A DNA stretch of 32,000 bases from Candidatus Saccharimonadota bacterium (GTDB taxonomy: Bacteria; Patescibacteriota; Gracilibacteria; Absconditabacterales; Absconditicoccaceae), in assembly GCA_000503875.1 (NCBI GenBank), contig CP006913.1, forward strand, positions 960,001 to 992,000, read 5' to 3'. Positions 1 to 11,809 of the stretch are shown one piece after another. The position numbers were made by a program, and so were the translations under genes. The notes under the pieces were generated by a model that was not told where the DNA came from, made no database searches, and worked only from the letters and a program-made list of their open reading frames with translations. Each line of letters starts with the position of its first letter. Within the stretch, counting starts at the first letter, position 1.

Positions 1-3000
1 TCTCAAAACCAAACTTGATGAAGTTAAAGCACAAATAAAACTGGCAAAAGAACAAGGAAACCGTGACGGAGTTATCCAACTAACTGCCGATGCTTCGAGG
101 ATTCAACAATCACTAACTCAAGCAGGTAGAGAGCTGAGGAATTATACAAGAACCTGATCGTCAGATATCTCAGTTTTATGAAAAAACTTTCAAGGAGTTA
201 ATACGGAGATACTCAAACAATGAGGGATTATCCAAAGTACCGTTCAGAAAATGAAGGTCACTTTTTCGTGATTAAAAGAGATTATCCTGACTGCTTTTTC
301 TGTTACTGCGATTATTGGATTTGTGAAATCTTTATTCACTCTATCGTCAGAACTCCAGCAGGCAAAAATAGCCTTCACTAATATGTTTAAGAGTGAAGAG
401 ATAGCGATCAAACTTCTTAAACAAATTCAGGCTTTTGCAAAACAAACTCCGTTTGATCAGATGGGACTTATCGACTGAGCCAAAAGACTATCTGCCTACG
501 GTTTCAAAGCAAATCAAATTCTTCCAATCATGAAATCGCTCGGAGATGCTGTGGCTGGTGTGGGTTGAAACCAAGATACCTTAAATGGTGTGATCGTAGC
601 CCTTGGACAGATGCAAACCAAAGGAAAATTGGTGCAACAAGAAGTAAATCAGATCGCTGAAAGAGGTATCCCTATTTTCGAGATTTTGAGAAAAAAACTC
701 GGTTTGACTCAAGAACAATTGGGTAACATCTGAGAACAAGGAATCTCCTCAGCCAAAGCTATCCCATTAATCTTGGAAGGTATCAATGAAAAGTTTTGAT
801 GACTTATGGAACAGCAATCCAAGACCCTTCAAGGAAAGCTCTCAAATATGATTGATAGTTTCAAAATTAAGATGGCAGAGCTTGGATTGGTACTGGCTCC
901 CATTTTCTGAGGTATCATCTCGAGTTTGCAAGCAATCATTACTCCTGTCTTCAATATCCTGATCTTAGGAATCAAGGGGCTATGAGTCGTATTCAAAACT
1001 GTGTTTGATGGTGCAAAACAGGTCTATCAATTTTTTGCTAATAATTTTGTCATCATTACAAAAACAATCCTGGCGACTTTTCTGTCTGCTTTGATTATCA
1101 TGAAACAACAAACGGTCATTACCTTTTTGCAAGGAATCGTGAACACTATTATCAGATGAATGGCGATAGCTTGAACTGCCGTGATTAATTTCTCAAAAGC
1201 CAGTCGATACTTCATAACCAACCTGAGAACAATAGTCGTCGAGGCTACCAGAGCTACGGTCGCCTTTATCAAAAAATGAGTAGCTCTTGCAGTAACTACC
1301 GTCAGAACATATGCACAAATTATAGCCAACAACCTCGCTTCATTATCTTTTCGTAGTCTTGGACTTTCTATTTTAGGTGCATTGAAAAATCTTTTATTGT
1401 TAGGTGCGAGGTTTTTCTTGATCGGTACAATCGTAGCAACCGTAGTGATTGCGATCTATAAAAACTGGAGTGTATTGAAAGAGAAATTGAAACCTGTCTT
1501 TGAGTTTATGGCAAAGGTCTGACAGGCAGTTCCTTGAGCGATAGCCAAAGCATGGAATTTTTGTGTTGATGTTATTTTTGGAGCTATCAAAGGGATATTG
1601 AAGTCCTGAAAGGCTGTCGCTGATTTTCTTAAAAATACTTTCAATGTGGATATTGGAAGTGCAAAGATTGATAAATATATCTCAGATATTGAGAACATGA
1701 GACAGAAACTTCAAACCAATGAAGGAGAAATCAAATCGGTATTTGATGGGATCAAAGAAGAGGCAGTCTGAGCCTTTGAATTTGTAAAAGATAATGTCCT
1801 GGGACTTGGTGATGCTACCAACCTCCTGTGAGGTGATGTTTTATCGTTGAATGGAAAATTTGATGATATGTGAAATGCTTCTGAATCGGCTGGTAAAAAA
1901 TGATCCAAAGCAACCCAAGAAGCCAAAGACCAACTTGCTGAATTAAAAAAAGAAACTGAGCAAGTAGAGAAAGCAAACGACAGACTAGAAAAAGCAATAA
2001 CCAATGTCACTGATGCACAGCAGGAATATAACGATGCGGTTATTGATACCACCAATCAAATCAAAAACAATCTCAGAGAAACCCAAAGAGAATATGATAA
2101 AACTATCAAGAGAATCAAAGAAACAAGAGATGAAGAATTGAAAAATATCGAGATAGAAAGACAACAAAACAAGTCCAAAAACACTGAGGACTTTGTAAAA
2201 TCTCAAGCCGAAGATCTCGCAAAATCACAACAAGAACAAACCAGTCTACAAACCAAATTGAATGGAGAAAGTGATAGTGATAAGAGAACAGAACTTCAAC
2301 AAGAAATCAATGCCGAGATACAAAAGCAAATCCAACTCCAAAAAAATCTTGATGATTTAAGGAAATGAGCTCAGGGAGATCAAAAAGCAGTATTGGATCA
2401 AATCATCCAAGAACAGCAAGCTAGGGCAAAAATGACAGAAGAACAGAGAGCCTATTATGATTTCCAAAGACAGCAACTCGATGTCGATAAAAAAGCTCAG
2501 GATGATTCTGGTAAAGCAAACCAAAAAGCACTAGATGATCAAAAGAAAGCTGAAGAAGATTTGGCTAATGCGAGGAATTCTATGGCTATGCAACAAAAAA
2601 TAATCCAGGCATTGGAGAAAGTCAAAACGGTCACCAAAGAACAGGTTGATGGTTTTTTGACTTCAAAATGATTTAGTCAGCTAGATGAAGATAGTCAGAA
2701 ACTCCTAGAAAAATTGATGGATTTGAAATTGAAAATATCTGATGCTATGAGAGATAAAAACACTGCTCAGACAGATGTAAATACACTTTCTAGTAAACTC
2801 CAAACCGATAGTGCAAATACTCAGATCAAGAACATTAAACAAGTCAAAAAGGAATACGATGAAGTGATCGCAAAAGTAAATGAAGCATTGAAAAAATCAC
2901 AAGAACTGTCTGTCGCTTCCCAATCAGTCTGACCAAAAAAATCCGTAGCTTCGAGTATCCAACAAGCAAGTATACCAAGTAGTAGTTCTAGTAGTACTAA

Positions 3001-3616
3001 TCGATCAAGTTCTTCAACTCCTGCGGTAGATGATCAAACGGCTACTGAAACCAAAAAAACAAATGTTCAAGCATTAACCGATTTCAAAAAACAAAAAGCT
3101 GATGAAGATGTCGTCAATCAACAAACAGCGATGGGTTCAGAACTTCAAGTTCATCTCACTACTATCGCACAAATCCAAACAGCACAGGTTCAATCCATAA
3201 ATGTCATGAGACAGAACTGGCAAAATTACTACATAAATCTGATAAATATTACTAGATCAGCAGTGAATGTTTTAGTTTGAGAATATAGCAGGCTGGCTTC
3301 CCAACTTTTATATGTCATAGCTCTCCAAGCTAGAGCAAGGTCAGGAAAATGATATGCGAGTGGTTGATTTACTTGATGAACAGACAGAAACAGGGTCGCT
3401 GGAATTGTGCATGAATGAGAATATGTAGTTCCGAAATGGATGGTCGATAAATACACACCACTTGTCATGAACCTCGAACAGATTAGAGGGAGAGGCTTTG
3501 CAAACTGAGGATACACTTCAACAACGAATAGATCAGTGAATATCAATGGAAACATCCATGTAGGGTCAGGTTTTGATCTTAATCAACAAATGGATTACTG
3601 GAAATGGAAGATTTAG
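1..3616 (+). CDS. Phage tail tape measure protein (5' partial; codon phase starts at nt 2)
   Basis: The frame is open from the window edge to TAG 3614-3616 when TGA is sense. It contains a TP901-type TMP core (FTNMFKSEEIAIKLLKQIQAFAKQTPFDQMGLIDGAKRLSAYGF, LGQMQTKGKLVQQEVNQIAERGIPIFEIL, EKFGGLMEQQSKTLQGKLSN). A hydrophobic central segment and a long K/E/Q-rich coiled coil (about 1.9-3.2 kb) follow. The C-terminal motif is GKGYASGGFTGG..VAGIVHEGEYVVP. Confidence 0.9.
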
Positions 3617-3653
3617 TTTTACTCTCAAATTTTAGTTTTTAATTTACTCTTTG

Positions 3654-4529
3654 ATGATAGGAAAAAATTTTTATTGGGATGGGCAAAGTATCATGCATCA
3701 GACCGCAGACTTTAGAATTGCACTTTCTGATGTCCAATGGAGAAAGTTGAAAGTGTCTGATGATAAACAAGATATCATTTGATACCATGGAACTCTTACC
3801 TGACCAACCTTTGCAAGATGAAGAAGTATTGTTTTGGAAGGATTAATCATCGCAACAACTAGAGCTCAGACTTCTATGGGTATGGATCGGCTGGATATCA
3901 TGTTTGCTTTGCAATGAATCCCATCGACCGTAGAAGAAAAAGAATTCAAAATAATCGATGAGCAAGACAGAGAGCGATCAATCAAATGCAAAGTCGATCT
4001 GCCTGTAGATTATGAAATTGAAGATGATAACGATCACAACGATGGAGCTTTGAGAAGATGGAGAGTGACACTTTTTGCACAAGACCCGAAATTCTATTCT
4101 TTGATTGCTAGTGTCTTTGAAGGTATAGAAGGTAATTACTGAGGGTTTCAATTTCCAACTGCGATGAGTAGTCAACGAAATATGAGCTACAATGAAATTA
4201 ATTGTATCACGACTTCCAATGCTGATGAACCAGTGAAAATATCTATCAATGTGGTTACTTCAATTTTCACACCACTAACGATCTATAATGTCACAGCCAA
4301 TAAGTGGTTTATGTTGAATATTGATGCCGTAGAATGAGATGTTATTATTATCGATGCTAAGAATCAAACAGCAACTAAAAACTGAATAAACATTTTGTGA
4401 ACGAGAGTACCTTGATCCCAACGACCAACGGTAAAAGGTATGACAAAATATGTTATTTATGATGTAAGTTGAGGTATCTACAATACTGATTTCCAAGTGA
4501 CCGTTTCTTTTAATAATTCACTTTTGTAA
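3654..4529 (+). CDS. Distal tail protein (Dit-like, siphovirus tail component)
   Basis: ATG 3654 to TAA 4527-4529, 291 aa, with no TAA/TAG in frame (checked codon by codon). It sits immediately downstream of the TMP, the canonical Dit position. The assignment rests on synteny and size. Confidence 0.6.
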
Positions 4530-4532
4530 CCT

Positions 4533-5588
4533 ATGATTATCGGCTATGTCTACGATAGACAAAAAAACTTAATCTGACAGATATTCAATGTTTTTTGATT
4601 TGAATGTACGATTAAATTGAATGATATCTCGACTTGAGAACTCACGATCATGAACGAGCATATGGATGATATCTTAAACATTCTCAAAGAAAATAATCGT
4701 ATCAAAATAATGGAAAACAACGATGGTACAGAAAATACACTCATTGAATGATATATCAGAGGGATAGAAGCTACTTTGAAAAATACCGTCATCAAAATTG
4801 AAGACTATCTCAGTTTTTTGGATGACAAAATTTTGTATACGGCTATCAATTTTACAGGTCAGGTCGATGTCCTTTTACAAACAATACTCGATCAAATCAA
4901 TGCAAGGGAAGATACAGGTTTGGTATTAGATTGCAGTGTCACTGATACCATCACAAAACAGTATGCTAAATGAGATAGCTTTTTCAGTGTCCTCAAAGAC
5001 CTCAGAGAAAACAACTATGAATTTATTGTCAGAGATTGAACTTTGTATTTTAGAGATACGATCTGAACTGATAGATCACTTATCAATAATGAGTATAGAG
5101 AATTTATGCGAGATGTTAATTCTCCATTGGATAGAACTATCAGAGATGCCAAAATGGTTATGGATATAAAACAGATGTGTAATTGCTGTATTGGAAAAGA
5201 TGGGACTACTTATGGTTCATATGAAGATGCTGATAGTATAACCGATTTTTGAAGAGTTGAAAGATCATTCACGAATAGTTGAAACATCCAAAAAGCTACC
5301 CAAAACTATGTCTTGGAAAGGAAGGACTCGATAAGGGAGTTCGATATTTCTCCTAATGTTAGCAATTTCTTTTATTGTGATCTTGGGGATATTGTCAGGG
5401 TGTATATCAATTCATGAAACGATCTGATGTTTTATGATGGTACCTTGAAAGTTATCGAAAAGTCATACACCGCAGGAGAGATGTGAAAAGTGACCTTCAA
5501 ACTCAGTAAAAACAAAGTCAAAGTCCAGGAACTTAACGAAAAACTCAAAGAGATCTCTGCAAGAGTGAAAAGTTTAGAATTGAAGTAA
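4533..5588 (+). CDS. Tail-associated / baseplate hub protein (Tal N-terminal or Sipho_Gp37-like)
   Basis: ATG 4533 lies 3 nt after the Dit stop and the gene ends at TAA 5586-5588 (351 aa). It holds the third position of the TMP-Dit-Tal triad and ends in a C-terminal coiled coil (KVQELNEKLKEISARVKSLELK). Confidence 0.55.
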
Positions 5589-5655
5589 TAGATTTATTTT
5601 TTCTTGTCATGAGTAAAATGCGATCAATCTTATTTATCAATTGATCGTATACCTC

Positions 5656-8600
5656 ATGGAAAGATGCTCACTACTTAATGGAAATACTCTCAATCAAGAT
5701 AGCGATTATTCGGCACCATTACTTGCCTTAACTGATGGTTGAGTAATTGAGGGACTAGAACTTTCGTATCTCAGTTGAAGTAACTTTGAAGTCAGTCCTG
5801 GAAGCTGTCTGATTAAATGTATCAAAACCAATGGCGATAAAATATTGGTGCATTATCAAAGCACAGAAACGGTGGCTTTGTCTTTTTCGTGATTAAAAAA
5901 AGTATGGGTAGAAATTAGTCAACAAAATTTAGATAATCCATTATTGAATCCAATCACAGGACTTGGTATCGGTCAGATCAAATACTGAGATGCTTATCCA
6001 ACCAAAAACTATGTAGCTCTCGCAAGTGTTAATGAAGACAACGAGGTTACAAGTGATCAGCTGGTTATCAAAAATATCAATACCATTATCAACCATGCGA
6101 TCGCACAAATCCAAATCGGTGCGACCACTTTTTCGGCGACTTCAACATGAGCAACAAACAGCTACAATATAGAATATGCCTGAGCTATCCCAACAAGTGA
6201 TGAAGGCAGTCCTCTGACTATTCCACAAAACATTTTATTATATTTCAAAGCTCATCAAACCAATACTTGAAGTGCGACTATCTCTGTAAATACCACCGCC
6301 TGAACATTAACCGCCACACTCAAAAAAATGTTGAATGTGAATTTGAATGCCTGAGATATTAAACAAAACCAACGAGTGATCATGCAACGAGATGGTATGA
6401 ATTTCCAAATGCAATCTCAACCTGGTCAGGTTCCTGTAGGTTCAATCCAAAATGTATCAGTCCAAGGACAAGTCTGAGAAGATGTCTCTGTCTGACAAAT
6501 AGGGTTTGTGTGAAAATGAGTGACCGATAAAATGAGACGAGAACAGCTTGATGCGAGTACGATCTATAATGTCGGAGATGGAACCAATATCAAACTCAGA
6601 GCGATGTTTCTAACAAGTCGTGATAATATTCTCAGAAGAGTTACAATCAATCTTTGAAAAGTATGATCGCCAAGTGATCAAATCTATTGTAGACTTTATG
6701 CTACTGATGGAGAGACTTTGCTTGCATCAAGTAGCAACTATTTCAATAGCTCGGCACTGACTTCAAGTAACGAACAGAAAAACTTTTTTTTCAACGATAT
6801 CGTTTTGCAACCACAGACTAAATATTTTGTTGCTTTTGAAAGGACTGGGGGTAATGATGTGAACAACTATTATACTTTGAGAGCTTGCAATACTCAGCTT
6901 ATTTATCCGATGGGATTCATCGAAAAATATAATGGATCAGCTTGGGAGCGATTGCAAGGATATATTTGGATGATATTACAACTGGGATACAATCATGAAT
7001 CCTGAAAATGGTATCCTTCACAACCTGAATATGACAGCACCGCATTGATGGACTGAGTTTTCAATCAAAACAAAATCAAAGACGAGGTCTGTGAAGTTAT
7101 CCAATGATGAACAGCCAATGTTTTTTCTCTGCTAACCCAAAATAATAACTACTTTCTGAATAACCTTGATTCATGAAATAAGAACCTTTCTTGGAATACC
7201 ACGACCCATTTTGGACACTCAATTGGTAACCAAGAAAAAGCATCCATGAGTTTCAAACTCTCGAGTTGAATGACCGTTGATAAAATTTTCTTAGCTATTC
7301 TGAGGGTCTGAACTCCGACAGATAATTTTGTTGTCTCGATCCAAACTGATGATAATGGAAAACCATCCTGAAGTCTTGTCCATGCAAATGCGACCTTCAG
7401 TTCTTCATGAACCAAACTCATGACCCAGGCATATAGGAAACTGTATCAGTTCAACTGATCTTTCTCGCTTAATGACAGCACTTTGTATTGGATTGTTTTG
7501 GAAAGAGATGGCTGATTAAACACCTCAAACTATTATTCTGTTTTGATCTACAACTCCGATGTGTACACGAGAGGTAATATGATGACTTATACCAATTCGA
7601 TTTGGGTTACCCAATCTTGGGATATGTTTTTCTCGTTTACCAACGAATACGATGGGATCAGACAGAGTGTGTATAATGAAAACAGAAACTTTGGAAACAG
7701 TAGTACTTGAATGGTTTTTACTTGTCAGGCTTTTCATTCATACACTCCGATAACGATCAAATCTATCATGCTGGCTATGTGGCAGATTTCTAGTCCGACC
7801 GATTGAGTGAAGATCAGGATCGAGAAGAATTTTTCTCAAACTCCATGAACAACCTGATATTCAAATGTTTCATGGAATAGTACTGAACAGACCTTTGGTA
7901 CCGTTTTAATAGAAAAGTATGCACAAAGTTTCACAGGTTCTGAATACCTAGAAACCTGATTATTAAATCTGTATCTGAAAAAATCTAATGTTCCGAGTGA
8001 TGAATTCATGGTCAGAATTGAAACCGACTATGAAGGAAGTCCAAGTGGAACCCTTATCAATACCAGTGCTCAAAGAACACTCTCACCATCATTACTAACC
8101 ACCTGACGAGATTGGTACACCCTTCAATTCCCAGGAAGCCTCAAGATGGAAAAAACTACGAAATATTGGGTGGTCTTAACAAGAACCTGAACCGTGAGTG
8201 CTACCAATTACTTTTCTATCTGAAAGCATAGTTCTAACCCTTATACTTTATGAGAGACCAAGAAATTTGATGGAACCTCATGGATTGCTGATACTTGAGA
8301 TATTATGTTTAGATTCTGAAATACTGATTTTATGATCGATGCACCAAGTGGAGAGCTTGTCGATCCAAATGCTGAGATAACTATCCCAGTAAGTAAAATC
8401 ACAACTGGATTCAAAAATAATTCGTTCGATTTCCCAGGAAGTTTCACTTTGGATAAAAATACGAAATATTGGATTGTGCTTTGAAGGACAGGAACTCAAG
8501 TCAATGCCTGATATTATCAATATGCTATGAATAGTAGTTGACCGTTTATGTATGGACAATACATGGAGTGTTCGAGTGCTAACTTTACAATTTCTAGTAT

Positions 8601-9123
8601 CGAACATAGATCGATGTACTTCAATTTCTGAATTTTGCATGAAAGACCAAAAGGGGTGATTAATGCACAGGTTCCTTCGTTTCTTAATCGATGCACCTAT
8701 GTAGGAAGATCACTCACCAATACTAACATCGCTATCAAAAATAATAGGATGACTGCTGAGGCTACAAAAATTCTGAAAGTTGAATGATGGAGTGCTTACA
8801 GTGCCAGTTGTAATACTTGTAATACAGAAGTCTGGTCATCAGTTTTCACGGTTTGAAATGGAAACCTCAAATTTGAAGTATGATGATCTTGAAGTTTCTC
8901 AACAACATGAAAATTGTATATGGCTGATGACGAGCAGACTTTGATGGCTGGGTTATGAACACTTGTCCAGACCCTTACCACTTGAAACATAACATTTTTG
9001 GCGAATGCTACCAAGAAATACAGGATCAGACTTAATTGAACGACCACCTGTACTACTGGATGTTCGGCTTACCACTATGCTCAGACCACCTTCGAGCCAT
9101 TCCCAGGCAGTTTGATCGCATAA
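5656..9123 (+). CDS. Large modular tail fibre / receptor-binding protein (1155 aa)
   Basis: ATG 5656 (alternative TTG 5641) to TAA 9121-9123. The frame was checked line by line and has many in-frame TGA but no TAA/TAG. It contains 4-5 paralogous modules, each ending in a shared signature: TKYFVAFERTGGNDVNNYY, TLYWIVLERDGGLNTSNYY, TKYWVVLTRTGTVSATNYF, TKYWIVLGRTGTQVNAGYY. Confidence 0.75.
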
Positions 9124-9148
9124 TTTTATTTTCATAAACTTTGAAACT

Positions 9149-9550
9149 ATGATCCTTCGTAATGTTACCCAAGAAATCCTACATTGAGTGAAACCCTGAT
9201 CTGTTATTGATGTACCTGATAGTCATCCTGACAGGATCAACCAGCTCTTAGAAGATGGGTTTGAAGATGTCTGAGAAATTTATGTCTCTTCCCTAGAAGA
9301 TTTTAATCCGATGATCTGTTATCGTGCTCTCAAAGAAATCATCAGGAGAAACTGGGATTGAGATGTGGATGCACTGACTATCGTAGATATGAAACTGAAA
9401 TATATCGAGCTTTGACTGACAGAGAGAATCCCTCTCATTACCGATGAGGGAGAAGATTGTCAGGGATTTAGCAAAAGTTATGTAACCACCAAAGAACAGA
9501 GAGAAAAACAACAATCTGAACAGGAATCTCCTGAACCTTTATCTTCGTAA
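9149..9550 (+). CDS. Hypothetical phage protein (133 aa, acidic)
   Basis: ATG 9149 to TAA 9548-9550, open with TGA as sense. No motif was recognised. Confidence 0.5.
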
Positions 9551-9559
9551 TTACTACCC

Positions 9560-9826
9560 ATGTTAGAAAAAATCAAAAACAATGCAGTCACCATTACCAT
9601 CAGTACCTTTGTTGGAATTATCGTTTTTGCCGTATCTCAGACTTGGACATTTTCGAGAGGCTATAGTGATTTTGAAGACAGAATCAGCTACATTGAAAAA
9701 ACATATGTAAATAAAACTGAGTTTGAAAAACTCCAAGTAAAAATCGATTTTATCCTCCAAAGTCTGTGAGAGATCAAAGACGACATGAAAGATCTCAAGA
9801 ATAATTTTATCCTTAAAAACAAATAA
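9560..9826 (+). CDS. Small membrane protein with coiled-coil tail (holin-associated candidate)
   Basis: 88 aa with an N-terminal TM helix (VTITISTFVGIIVFAV) followed by a heptad-like segment. One in-frame TGA at 9767. It lies directly upstream of the holin-like and endolysin genes. Confidence 0.5.
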
Positions 9827-9827
9827 G

Positions 9828-10034
9828 ATGTTTTTCCAAAGTGTTATTAAAATCACTGTTTTTATCCTCGTTTTATGAGGAGTGATCGGATTAATCATGG
9901 GAAAGATAACCTGAGAGCAATATTTATGATTGATCACCGCTTTCATGACAGGTTATTTCTCATGAAGAATCCCAAACCTAGAAAAGAAATCAGATTCAAC
10001 AATTTTATCTCCTTCTCAACCTAAAGAATGATAG
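9828..10034 (+). CDS. Holin-like small membrane protein (68 aa, two TM helices)
   Basis: The protein reads MFFQSVIKITVFILVLGGVIGLIMGKITGEQYLGLITAFMTGYFSG..., ending at TAG 10032-10034. It overlaps the endolysin start by 7 nt. Confidence 0.55.
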
Positions 10035-10390
10035 AACCGAAAAGAAACACCAACATTGCCGACCTTGATCCAAACTTCAAAAAAAAGTTTGATCCCTGGC
10101 GAGCAGAGGTGATCAAAAAATATCCAAAGGCTAGAATTTTTGAAACAACAAGAACTCTAGAAAGACAAAAATGGCTGTTTGGAATAGGAAGGACACACTC
10201 TTTCAACAAAAAGCCAGTGACTTGGAAAATGAATTCAATGCATCTTCTTTGAAGGGCTGTCGACATCGTTTTCGTACAAGATACTTGAAAAATAGGTCGA
10301 AACTGACCATATAATGATTTGATTGTAATGGCAAAAAGGTATGGAATTAGGAATCTAAGACCTGCCGAAACCTGCCACTTTGAGGGGTAA
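10028..10390 (+). CDS. Endolysin, peptidase M15 family (L-Ala-D-Glu / VanY-like zinc peptidase)
   Basis: 120 aa with ETTRTLERQKWLFGIGRT, then NSMHLLGRAVDIV (the SxHxxGxAxD zinc-site motif, whose Gly is encoded by TGA 10250-10252), then a C-terminal CHFEG. Confidence 0.8.
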
Positions 10391-10430
10391 TGTAGAAACA
10401 CATTAACAAACAAACATCCATATTAAGACC

Positions 10431-10454
10431 AGGGACTTGAAAAAGTCTCTTTTT
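10431..10454 (+). terminator. Rho-independent terminator closing the late operon
   Basis: The stem is agggactt / aagtctct (8 bp, one G-U pair) with a gaaa loop, followed by ttttt. Confidence 0.6.
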
Positions 10455-10569
10455 GCATTTTGTCTAGAATCTCATACAAAATTCGAGTGGATTTTGAAGT
10501 CCGTTTAATTATAAAAAATAGACTGGGTGAAAAAGCATTATTTTTTCATTTATATTAAAATTTTAAACC

Positions 10570-11691
10570 ATGTTTGATCCAAAGAACCCCGATAATGATT
10601 TACCACTATTACCACCAGAAAATCTCAAACTTTCTGATCGTACATACTGGCAACTCTCTAAGGCTAGTAGAGCCATCGCCTCTCTCAATACCTACATCAA
10701 TACCAATACGGAAAATGTAGGACTTTTGGTTTTGTGATCTTTTTTGATCAAGGAATGAGTGGCTAGTAGTGCTATTGAAAATATCAATACAACTCTTGAG
10801 AGTGTTTTTCAAGCTGATATCTCTTCTGGTAAAATTTCAAAAGAAGATAAAGAAGTATTGCATTATAGACAAGCTACACTTTGGGGAATTGAACAAGTGG
10901 AAAAATACTCAGCAATCATCACAAATACTTTGATCACAATCCAATCAATGATAGAACCTGATAAAGCATGAATTAGAAAGATACCTGGCACTGTTCTTAT
11001 GAACTGAGTAGGAGAAGTTATTTATACTCCACCAGTTGGAGAAGAAACAATCAGAAGTCTGTTATGAAATTTGGAAAAATATGTGAATACTGATGATGAG
11101 ATTGATCCATTAGTAAAACTTGCAGTTATTCATTACCAATTTGAATCTATCCATCCATTTCCAGATGGTAACGGTAGGACAGGGAGAATTTTGATGATCT
11201 TATATCTTGTACTGAAAGGACTTTTGAAATTACCAATTGTATACCTCAGTGAATATATCAATGCCAACAAAACTAAATACTATCAAGTCCTTCATGGAAT
11301 CAGAGAAAACCAAGATCGAGATAGTTTGGTACATTACATGCTGGTAGCGGTAGAAGAACAATCATTGAAGACTAAAGATAAACTAGAAGCTATCACGAAT
11401 CTCATAAAACAGAAAAAACAAGAAATTGATAATTTAGGTTTGAAGATACCATGAACCTTTATTGATTACTTCTTTGATAGACCATATTGCAGTATCGCAA
11501 TGATTGAGAAAGACGAGAAATATAGTAGAAAGACAATAAAAAAATACATTGATTCATTGGTAGATAATGGAATCTTGAAAATATATGAATCTGATTATGA
11601 AGTCCCTTATTTCGTTCCTGAATATATCGATGTTTTGTTTGGACACATCAAGAATAAGGAAAAAGTGAGAAAATTTACCCATAGTTTGTAA
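10570..11691 (+). CDS. fic: Fic family protein (AMPylase-type) with N-terminal intramolecular inhibitory helix and C-terminal winged-helix-like tail
   Basis: 373 aa. The Fic active-site motif HPFPDGNGRTGR is at 11152-11187. The (S/T)xxxE(G/N) inhibitory motif SSAIEN is at 10765-10782. The frame was checked line by line and is open apart from TGA codons. Confidence 0.9.
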
Positions 11692-11776
11692 ACTATAGGG
11701 AAAAAAGTATAAAATTTCCCTATAGTTTATGATTTTTGATAAACTATAGGGAAAAAATCAAAAAAATTCCCTATTG
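11678..11776. repeat. Array of alternating inverted copies of CCCTATAGTTT / AAACTATAGGG
   Basis: A perfect 14-bp stem (aaactatagggaaa 11690-11703 / tttccctatagttt 11715-11728) is followed by a second 8-bp stem (atagggaa 11746-11753 / ttccctat 11767-11774). The 17-mer AAACTATAGGGAAAAAA is repeated directly at 11690 and 11741. A further near-copy, cccatagttt, lies at 11678-11687 and overlaps the fic 3' end. Confidence 0.8.
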
Positions 11777-11809
11777 TCTTCTGGTTTTTATTTTTGATCA
11801 AAAATCTCT

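Noticed and set aside
1027-2206. Minus-strand track ORFs (1027-1332, 1456-1698, 1711-2055, 1985-2206) opposite the tape measure gene
   Set aside because: They are antisense to a continuous + strand frame with clear TMP motifs. Their translations are low-complexity, and they appear only because the true gene is fragmented under the standard code.
7149-9135. Minus-strand track ORFs (7149-7421, 7525-7737, 8241-8640, 8796-9135) inside the receptor-binding gene
   Set aside because: They are antisense shadows of a verified 3.5-kb + strand frame and carry no motifs.
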